64,000 nt of DNA from the NCBI GenBank assembly GCA_016200265.1, contig JACQFE010000006.1, positions 4,112 through 68,111 of the forward strand, given 5' to 3'. A program made the translations under genes and the position numbers. The first letter of the stretch is position 1. Every line of letters starts with the position of its first letter. The notes beneath the pieces are model-generated. The model ran no database searches and was not told where the DNA came from. It saw nothing but the letters and a program-made list of their open reading frames with translations. Source of the stretch: Planctomycetota bacterium (lineage in GTDB: Bacteria; Planctomycetota; Phycisphaerae; UBA1845). Shown here one piece after another: positions 1 to 7,615 of the stretch.

Positions 1-381
1 CCCCTCAAGTCTTGCGTCCATGGCCGAGAATCCTATCCGCACACTACGAACAAATAATGGAAACCCGACAACCGCAGCCGCCAATGCCGCGCCAAGCCAG
101 GTGAATGCAACATCGAGATCAATACACTCCTTGAGCAGTCGTCCCGCAAATCCGCGGCGGCCAAAAAAAATGAGGAGCAAATACCCCACCACCACCGGTG
201 GCACAACCAGCGGCAGCATCACGATCGTTTCCACGAGAATTCGCCCTCGAAATCGCTTTCGAGCAAGGATCCACCCCAGGGCGACTGCGGGCACGAAAGT
301 CATCGCCAGAGCAGCGGCCGAAACTTTCAGGCTTAGCCAGAGTGCTTGCAACTCTGCTGCATCAAACGGCGACCAGTTCAT
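1..381 (-). CDS. modB: Molybdate ABC transporter permease (partial, runs off window start)
   Basis: Manual translation from ATG 381: MNWSPFDAAELQALWLSLKVSAAALAMTFVPAVALGWILARKRFRGRILVETIVMLPLVVPPVVVGYLLL, with the ModB LPLVxPPVVxG motif. ATGA overlap with the modA stop. Confidence 0.9.
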   Translation of the reverse strand, partial: MNWSPFDAAELQALWLSLKVSAAALAMTFVPAVALGWILARKRFRGRILVETIVMLPLVVPPVVVGYLLLIFFGRRGFAGRLLKECIDLDVAFTWLGAALAAAVVGFPLFVRSVRIGFSAMDARLEG

Positions 382-1211
382 GGGTTGTGCTCATCGAGGA
401 TGATGAATCCGGCACTCTTAAATGCGGCTCGCGATTGGGGCCCATTAAGAAACGCAAAAAACCTCCGAGCGGTTTCATTACTCGCGGACCGTTTCAACAA
501 TGCCATCGGGTACACAATCGGATCGTGCAAGCCGTCCTCGAAAATGTGAACTTGCGCGACGAGCTTCGATGCCTTCGCATCAGTGGCATAGACCAGACCG
601 ACATCGACTTCCCCGCGTTCCACATACGCAAGGACGGTGCGAACGTCGCTGCCGCGAACGACCCGCCCGGATTCGATCATTTGAGAATAAATTCCCAGTT
701 TCCTTAGGGTCTGTTCTGCGAATTTTCCTGCGGGGACATTCTCGCCGGCCAATCCGACCTTCCCAACCGCCGCATTCAATAGATCATGAGGCTCGTGAAT
801 GCTCTTAGGCCCTGTGGTCGCATTGTCGCCGGTTGGAACCACCATCGCCAGCCGATTTCCGAATCTTTGCTTCACTTCCGCAACCGCACCGGCATCGCTG
901 AGCTTGCGCGCCCACTCCGCATCCGCGGCGATGAAAATGTCCGCCGGAGCCCCTTCAAGAATCTGAATGCCAAGCTGATTCGACGGGCCAAACGACAGAT
1001 CAACTCTGATTGATTCACTTTTTTCGAATTCCGTAGCGATCTGTCCAAGCACATCTTTCAAGCTTGCGGCCGCAAATACGACGACGCTCTTTTGATCCTT
1101 TGCTGTGCCGCCGGTTGCTTGTGCCTTATCGTCCGCTTGCGGTCTGCAACCGGCGGACAATAATGCAACTAATGTCGTTGCAAGGACGAAATGCTCTGCG
1201 ATGCTCAACAT
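378..1211 (-). CDS. modA: Molybdate ABC transporter substrate-binding lipoprotein
   Basis: VFAAASL, GAPADIFIAAD, VPAGKFA, GEVDVGLVYATD and PIVYP motifs; lipobox LSAGC. Start moved from 1253 to ATG 1211. Confidence 0.92.
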   Translation of the reverse strand: MLSIAEHFVLATTLVALLSAGCRPQADDKAQATGGTAKDQKSVVVFAAASLKDVLGQIATEFEKSESIRVDLSFGPSNQLGIQILEGAPADIFIAADAEWARKLSDAGAVAEVKQRFGNRLAMVVPTGDNATTGPKSIHEPHDLLNAAVGKVGLAGENVPAGKFAEQTLRKLGIYSQMIESGRVVRGSDVRTVLAYVERGEVDVGLVYATDAKASKLVAQVHIFEDGLHDPIVYPMALLKRSASNETARRFFAFLNGPQSRAAFKSAGFIILDEHNP

Positions 1212-1266
1212 GATAATCTGACACTCAATATGATCATTTGAAACATTATGCAAAGGGATTCAATCG

Positions 1267-3282
1267 ATGGGCTTCCAACGAAAAATCATTTTCCTCCTGG
1301 CGACGGCGTTACTCTCCGGTTGCAGCAGTCCGGCCCGGCGATTTCAACAACACATTAACTACCTCGCGAGCGATCGGCTCGAAGGACGCGGTCTCGGCTC
1401 GCACGGCCTCGATCTCGCGGCGGACTACATCGCCAGAGAATTTCGTACCGCCGGGCTTGAACCGGGAGGTGATGATGGAACTTATTTTCAGAAGTTCCCC
1501 ATCACATACCATCGCGAACTCAGCAGCGAAAGCCGACTCGCCATCGCCGGTGATTCGAAACCGCGCCGAGAAGGCCTCGATTTCATGCCGTTTGATTTCT
1601 CCTCCAGCGGCAAATTCTCCGGCAACATCGTCTTTTGCGGCTTCGGCATTGTCGCCAACGAAAAGGACCATGATGACTTCAAAGGCGTCGAGCTTCAAGG
1701 CAAAGTCGCGTTGATCTTTGACGGGGAGCCGAAATCATGGTCGGAAGCGAACGGCGGCGTGCCCACGCGATTCTCGTCGCTTCGCGACAAGATCTACAAC
1801 GCCAAGGACCACGATGCGGCGGCCATTCTGGTCGTCAATCTCGCACCTGAGCCGAGCGAAAGGGACCAACTCGCTAGTTTCAGTCCGGAGACCGCGGACG
1901 ATTACGGGACCCCGGCCATGCAGATCACTCGCGAATTGGCAACGGAAATTCTCTCGCGCGGCGGCGCGGGTGATATTGCGGAGGTCGAGAAGACCATTGT
2001 TGCCGGCACGTCAAAATCCGCCGCTCTCACAAACGTTACCGCGACCGGCGAGACCGTGTTCAAGAAGAAAACCACGACCGCTCGCAATGTGATCGGCGTC
2101 AGGCCGGGTCGAGGCTCGCACGCTGACGAGTGGATCGTCATCGGCGCACACTACGATCATCTCGGTATTCGTAAGCCGATGATGCGGAAATTTGTAAACG
2201 GAAGATTGGTCAAAGAGGACTTGCCTTCGCAAATTCATAACGGCGCGGATGACAATGCGTCGGGCGTGGCCGGAGTCATCGAGATTGCTCGAATGTTCAA
2301 GAATGCACCGGTCGAGCGAGGAATCATGTTCATTGCCTTTACCGGCGAAGAGGCCGGTTTGCTCGGTAGCAAGCATTTCGTCGAGCATCCTACAATCCCG
2401 CTCGACCAGACCGTCGCCATGCTCAACATGGACATGATCGGACGGCTTACTAGGGCGACTCCGCGTGCGGAATCGGCCTCAACTCACGAATCCCCATCTG
2501 CACCAAAAGAAAATCCGCACGCCGAAGCCAATCCACATGCCGAAAATAATCCACATGCTGCTGGTGGCGCCGCTTCCGTGCCAAATAATCCAAGTGAGGC
2601 AAATCCTCATGCAACGCCTTCCCAGACTCCTGCGCCTGAAGTGTTTGGCCTTTCCAACGGCGACGGCCGTGTCCAGGTGTTCGGCACCGATTGCGGCACG
2701 AATTTCCATGACCTCGTGATGCGCGACGCCCGGACGCTGGGGCTAACCATCGCCGTCGGCGTTGACGAAGGCGGCCGAAGCGATCATGCATCATTCCTTC
2801 GCAAGCAGATTCCATCGATGCACTTTTTCAGCGGCAATCATCCAGATTATCACCAGCCGTCGGATGATTCGTGGAAGATCAATGCGGAAGGCGGAGAGCG
2901 AATTGCAGAGCTCGTCTTTCACGTCGCCGAAGACTTGGACGTGCAGCCCGATCGGCCCAAATTCGTCGTTGTCAAGCGTGATCGGCAAACCCCCGCCGGA
3001 GGCGTCACCTCATTTCGCGTGGTCATGGGTTTGACGCCCAATTATGCCGCCGATGGACAGGAAGGCATGGGAGTAGACGGAGTCAGCCCGCAGGGCCCCG
3101 CGGACTTGGCGGGCATGAAAGCCGGCGACCGCATCATCAGCATTGGCGGCAAAAAGGTCGCGAACGTCTATGACTACATGGCCGCCACGCGGCGGAACAA
3201 CCCGGGTGACGTAGTCGAAGTCTCAATCCTCCGCGAAGGGAAACCACTTGCGCTCAGAGTGACCCTGTCCGGAACACGGTAA
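1267..3282 (+). CDS. M28-family aminopeptidase lipoprotein with PA and C-terminal PDZ domains
   Basis: Lipobox LLSGC; IGAHYDHLG, NGADDNASG, FTGEEAGLLGS, LNMDMIGR, SDHASF and DYHQPSD metal-binding motifs; PDZ-like GPADLAGMKAGDRII. Confidence 0.9.
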   Translation: MGFQRKIIFLLATALLSGCSSPARRFQQHINYLASDRLEGRGLGSHGLDLAADYIAREFRTAGLEPGGDDGTYFQKFPITYHRELSSESRLAIAGDSKPRREGLDFMPFDFSSSGKFSGNIVFCGFGIVANEKDHDDFKGVELQGKVALIFDGEPKSWSEANGGVPTRFSSLRDKIYNAKDHDAAAILVVNLAPEPSERDQLASFSPETADDYGTPAMQITRELATEILSRGGAGDIAEVEKTIVAGTSKSAALTNVTATGETVFKKKTTTARNVIGVRPGRGSHADEWIVIGAHYDHLGIRKPMMRKFVNGRLVKEDLPSQIHNGADDNASGVAGVIEIARMFKNAPVERGIMFIAFTGEEAGLLGSKHFVEHPTIPLDQTVAMLNMDMIGRLTRATPRAESASTHESPSAPKENPHAEANPHAENNPHAAGGAASVPNNPSEANPHATPSQTPAPEVFGLSNGDGRVQVFGTDCGTNFHDLVMRDARTLGLTIAVGVDEGGRSDHASFLRKQIPSMHFFSGNHPDYHQPSDDSWKINAEGGERIAELVFHVAEDLDVQPDRPKFVVVKRDRQTPAGGVTSFRVVMGLTPNYAADGQEGMGVDGVSPQGPADLAGMKAGDRIISIGGKKVANVYDYMAATRRNNPGDVVEVSILREGKPLALRVTLSGTR

Positions 3283-3316
3283 TCGTAGATCATTCACGAT
3301 TTGCCTCGCGCCAGGA

Positions 3317-3469
3317 CTATCCTTGCCCTGCGATCTGAAATGATAACTGCTCAAGCTGAACCAAGAGATCGACTGATGCCACAGCTACGTCAGCGCCGAC
3401 GTGAAGCGTCACCGGGGCGAAGTTGAGGATGCCGCGGATGCCGGCGGCGACCATGGCTTCGGCCGCGAG
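3317..3469 (-). pseudogene. rex: 3' remnant of redox-sensing transcriptional repressor Rex
   Basis: AAEAMVAAGIRGILNFAPVTLHVGADVAVASVDLLVQLEQLSFQI matches the Rex C-terminus (GILNFAP...VDL...L). The upstream wHTH and GxGxxG regions are absent. Confidence 0.75.
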
Positions 3470-3752
3470 GATTACGTATCGACGGATGCACCCTTGCCGC
3501 CGACTTACCGGACCCCACGCGCCTTGCGGCGGAATCATCTTACCGGACACAAACCGCCAAATCTGCAAGTTCGCTTCTGCGGCCCAATTGCGACGCGCGT
3601 GGTTGCCAGTCATTGAGAGAATCATCTGCGATCGCTATGATCTATTGTTCCGACGGATGGGGATCGGACCTTCTCATTCCTGCGCCAACTTGGAAAAGGA
3701 AGAAGCACTCAGTACGCGTCAGCGAGTGAAAGCGACCTTGGGAGAACGGACG

Positions 3753-5462
3753 ATGCGGCACACGACAAGGTGGTTGTCGAAAGTTTGTCTGTGCATCATC
3801 TCCAGCGCGATTGAGTTCGGCTGCGGCACGAGTATTCCCACACCAACAATCAGCGATACGCAATTGGGCGACCCAAATACGAGTCCTGTCGATCGGCCTC
3901 ACGTGGTTTTGCACGAACAGACCGTCAACGAAGGGGACACCGTAGTCCTCCAGACTGATGAAATTCCTTCAAGTACCGGTTCATCAAAGGTCAATGGTTG
4001 GACGCAAATTTACGGACCGACCGTCGAGATCACCAATCAGCTCTCTCGAAATTTGAGCTTTGTTGCGCCCCAGGTGACCGCCGCTTCTCTGCTGGTCTTT
4101 CGGTTCTCCAGCATCTCCGGAGATCGTTACGACGTAAATTTGTACGTCATCCACGTCATGAATGCCGTTGCACCTTCGGATTCGTCGCTATGTGGAGGAG
4201 TCGTTTGTGAAACAGGAACGCAATGCAATAAAGCGACTGGGGCCTGCCAGGCGACATTCGGGGTCTGCGAAAATGTGATCTGCTCGCAGGGTGAGACTTG
4301 CGATGACTTGACGGGCAACTGCGTTGCGGCATCGCCATGCAGCGGAGTGACGTGCTCTTCGAATCAACATTGCAATCCAGCCACGGGGTCATGCGAATCA
4401 ACATGCGTCGGTGTAACCTGTCCGGCAGGAACGCAGTTGAATGCCGATCATTGCACCTGTGAGGCCATTTCGCTCTGCAAGTCAGTGACCTGCCCCGCGG
4501 GTCAGAACTGCGATCCGGCCACAGGTAGTTGCGTAACAGTTGACCCTTGCCAAAATGTTTCGTGTTCCGGTGGTTCCATTTGCGACGCTCAGACAGGCCA
4601 GTGCGTTTCCACGGGTGGGTGCGCAGACCCGCCGACAGGGGCTGTGTTCACCGTCACCGACAGTTCGGTAGGAACGAATCAATACGACATCAATCCGAAC
4701 TTCTGGATCGAATTCAGCATGGATTTGGATCCGCAGACGTTTTCCCCGGACATCCTTTCGGTGCAACAGGCCGGTCCGGACAACGCCTGGAGTACCGCCG
4801 ACGATGTGGTTGTAAGCACGACAGCACAGCTTAACTGCTGCCGGCGGATCGCAGTTTCCCTTGCACCGCAGGATGGCGCTCTGGCTGCCGGGCGCCGGTA
4901 TCGCGTCCAGATATCACCCGGATGCCTGAAGGCGACGGCCAGCAACGGCGTCACGCACGGACTCGATGGCGAATTCAGCGGCATGTTTCCGACTGGGAAC
5001 GGCGCATTCGGAGGCGTGTTCGTGCAGGAGTTCATCGGGGTGGCTCCTGGGCCCTATTCCGGCGATCTTGTCTGCAATGAAGAAACCCGCGATATTCTGG
5101 GTCGAGTGACTCAGGAAACCAAACACTATAATGACACCATCACGGTCGATCCGGCCGGAATGCTCGTACTCGCCGGGCAGCCGGTGCAGGTGGGCAGTAC
5201 CATGAATCCTCCATTTACGGGCATTCAACTCGAGATGACTGTCACAAGTGTGACACCACAGCGTACCGGGATCCATGTCACGTATGATGTGTCCGGCTTG
5301 AAGGACAATTACCAATTTACCGGCCCGCAAGAAGAGACTTACATCTTTGTCGGCGATGGGACGATCTTGCATGCCGGCACGTCTTCATTCAATGTAAACG
5401 CAGGCAGTGGCGCTGTCGTTGCCACGGTCCACCGTACGTGCAGCGGAACGCTCAAGCAATGA
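3753..5462 (+). CDS. Secreted or lipid-anchored protein with Ig/PKD-like domain, Cys-rich CxxVxC repeats and a Big_5-like domain
   Basis: ATG 3753 follows GGAGA; signal-like N-terminus ending FGCG; about six CxxVxC..G..C...TG.C repeats; IEFSMDLDP...LAAGRRYRVQI is Ig-like. Stop overlaps the next ATG (ATGA). Confidence 0.7.
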   Translation: MRHTTRWLSKVCLCIISSAIEFGCGTSIPTPTISDTQLGDPNTSPVDRPHVVLHEQTVNEGDTVVLQTDEIPSSTGSSKVNGWTQIYGPTVEITNQLSRNLSFVAPQVTAASLLVFRFSSISGDRYDVNLYVIHVMNAVAPSDSSLCGGVVCETGTQCNKATGACQATFGVCENVICSQGETCDDLTGNCVAASPCSGVTCSSNQHCNPATGSCESTCVGVTCPAGTQLNADHCTCEAISLCKSVTCPAGQNCDPATGSCVTVDPCQNVSCSGGSICDAQTGQCVSTGGCADPPTGAVFTVTDSSVGTNQYDINPNFWIEFSMDLDPQTFSPDILSVQQAGPDNAWSTADDVVVSTTAQLNCCRRIAVSLAPQDGALAAGRRYRVQISPGCLKATASNGVTHGLDGEFSGMFPTGNGAFGGVFVQEFIGVAPGPYSGDLVCNEETRDILGRVTQETKHYNDTITVDPAGMLVLAGQPVQVGSTMNPPFTGIQLEMTVTSVTPQRTGIHVTYDVSGLKDNYQFTGPQEETYIFVGDGTILHAGTSSFNVNAGSGAVVATVHRTCSGTLKQ

Positions 5463-6487
5463 ATCACGGGCTCATTGAGGCCGAGATTCGCGCCATTGCG
5501 GCGGCGCTCCCCAAGGGCGTTGTCACCAATGATGATCTTGATCGCGAACATCCGGAATGGAATCTTGAGCTGATCGCGCGTCGACTCGGCGTCGTGCGCC
5601 GGCACATCGCCCGCTCCGATGAAACTGCGTTGGATCTTGGTGATCAGGCATGTCGATCGCTCTTTGAATCCCATCCCAATCTTCGTCAGGACGTCGACAC
5701 GCTGATTTTTTGCACCCAGAGCGCCGACTACATTCTTCCTCCGAACGCCACGGTGCTTCATGGTCGCTTGGAGTTGCCCCAACGCGTCGCGGCATTCGAT
5801 ATCAATCTGGCGTGTTCCGGGTTTGTGTACGCCCTGCACATTGCCCGATCGATGATTCGATGCGGGGCGGCGCAACACATACTCTTGGTCGCCGGAGACA
5901 CGTATTCGAAGTACATCAACAAGTCCGATCGGTCGGCGCGCGTGCTGTTCGGAGACGGCGCGGCGGCGACGTGGATCGCGCCGTCGGCGAACGGACTGCG
6001 GATCGGGGCCGCAATGTGTGAAACCTCCGGACGCGACTTCGAGACATTCATCATACCCGCCGGCGGTTGTCGGCGTGCACGATCCAATGAGACATTGATT
6101 GAGCATACGGACGAATCTGGAAACGTCCGCTGTTCGGAGAACATCCACATGGCCGGGCGCGGACTGCTTGACTTCATGTCCTCGACGATTCCGCGACACG
6201 TGGAGGAGTTCCTGCGCCGCAATGAATTACGAAAGGACGATATTGACTTGTACGTGTTCCATCAGGCCAGCGGCGTTGTGCTCGAATCATTGCAATGCGC
6301 GCTGGGGCTGGAACCAGATCGCGTATACAGAAACTTGCGCGATATCGGCAACACAGTGTCCGCCTCAATTCCCATCGCCCTGCGCGATGCACAGTCGGAC
6401 CATCGGATGTCCAGAGGAGGTCGCGTGCTGCTTTGCGGTTTTGGCGTCGGACTTTCCTGGGGTAGCGTTCTACTTGACGTGCTCTGA
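5459..6487 (+). CDS. fabH: Ketoacyl-ACP synthase III (FabH-like), cluster-associated
   Basis: DINLACSGF (catalytic Cys), FHQAS (His), IGNTVSASIP (Asn), LFGDGAAA and GFGVGLSW. Confidence 0.9.
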   Translation: MNHGLIEAEIRAIAAALPKGVVTNDDLDREHPEWNLELIARRLGVVRRHIARSDETALDLGDQACRSLFESHPNLRQDVDTLIFCTQSADYILPPNATVLHGRLELPQRVAAFDINLACSGFVYALHIARSMIRCGAAQHILLVAGDTYSKYINKSDRSARVLFGDGAAATWIAPSANGLRIGAAMCETSGRDFETFIIPAGGCRRARSNETLIEHTDESGNVRCSENIHMAGRGLLDFMSSTIPRHVEEFLRRNELRKDDIDLYVFHQASGVVLESLQCALGLEPDRVYRNLRDIGNTVSASIPIALRDAQSDHRMSRGGRVLLCGFGVGLSWGSVLLDVL

Positions 6488-6538
6488 ATGCCCAGATCGG
6501 ATCGGGCATCAACTTGCGTGTTCGAAAACCTGGTGTGA

Positions 6539-7606
6539 ATGATCGAGATTCGCACGTACGACGGCGACGGCGAAGACGTTGCGGAGCTGACCGCCCGGGC
6601 GTGGCGGGCCGCTTACGGCGGCGTGAGCTGGTGCCCGTACTGGAGCGCGGAGTCCATTCGCTGGCAACTCCTGTCGGCGTGTCCGGATGATCGCGATTTC
6701 CTGGTGGCTGCATACAACGGGTGCCGGCTGGTCGGTTGCTTCTTTGCGAAACGGACGGCTTTTCAAATCAGCAGCCGGCAAGTCCTCGGCACGATCGGGA
6801 GTTGGTTTACAGTCGATCCCGAGGCGGGCTCGCCGCGTCTGGGGATGGCCATTGTCGAGGAGCTTCGCAGACGGCATGTTGAGTACGGGGTTGCGTTTCT
6901 TCTGGGCTATGTCAACGGTGGCCCGAACACGCCCGCCAATAAGTTCTGGAAATGCTTTGCAAAGCTCTACCCTGACCAGATCCGCTTTGTTCGAAAAATC
7001 GGATACTGGATCCGAATCCTGAACCCCTCGTCGCTTCGACGAAAATGCGTTCACTGGTTCGAGCGGTTCATCGTGGGCGTGCATGGAATTCTCCCGTTGC
7101 TGGGAGCGCCGCCAAGGAGGGCGCCTGAAGTTCGGGATTATGTCCACGGCGACTCGGATCGTTGTGGGCGTTTGGTTGGAGAATTAAGTAAGAACGCTGA
7201 CCTGGCGATGACGTGGTCGAGCGATCGGATCGCCACGCAACTGGATTGGAACGGCTTTCCTCGTACGCTAGTTCTGGATCACAACGGCGAGACTTTTGGA
7301 ATCGTTAATTATCATCCCTTCGGGCTGTTGGGGAAAGAAGTAGTGAGCACCGGACTCATTGACCTTCTCGGATGCGGGAGCGGCTCCGCCCATGATCAAC
7401 GCCGGTTGTTACGCAGCGCTATTGCACAGATGGATGCGAACGGCTTGGACATCGCGATGGCCTTGCGAACGAGCATGTTTCCGCCTCGCGTGATGCTGCC
7501 TTGCGGCTTCTGGCCCATGCCGCAGTCCGAGCATCTTGTCTATGCGTTTCCGCAACCGGGTCTGGACCTTCCGCCGGCGGATCGGCCCTTGATTCTCTTC
7601 CGGTAA
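6539..7606 (+). CDS. Putative tandem-GNAT-fold N-acyltransferase
   Basis: Two GNAT-like halves (IRTYDG...RLVGCFFA...WFTVDPE...LGMAIVEEL; VRDYVHGD...RRLLRSAI...GF). Fold assigned by pattern only. Confidence 0.55.
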   Translation: MIEIRTYDGDGEDVAELTARAWRAAYGGVSWCPYWSAESIRWQLLSACPDDRDFLVAAYNGCRLVGCFFAKRTAFQISSRQVLGTIGSWFTVDPEAGSPRLGMAIVEELRRRHVEYGVAFLLGYVNGGPNTPANKFWKCFAKLYPDQIRFVRKIGYWIRILNPSSLRRKCVHWFERFIVGVHGILPLLGAPPRRAPEVRDYVHGDSDRCGRLVGELSKNADLAMTWSSDRIATQLDWNGFPRTLVLDHNGETFGIVNYHPFGLLGKEVVSTGLIDLLGCGSGSAHDQRRLLRSAIAQMDANGLDIAMALRTSMFPPRVMLPCGFWPMPQSEHLVYAFPQPGLDLPPADRPLILFR

Positions 7607-7615
7607 AGAGCCAGT

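Noticed and set aside
3423-3752. N-terminal 110 aa of the 679-aa ORF
   Set aside because: It overlaps the rex remnant; the RBS and signal peptide support ATG 3753.
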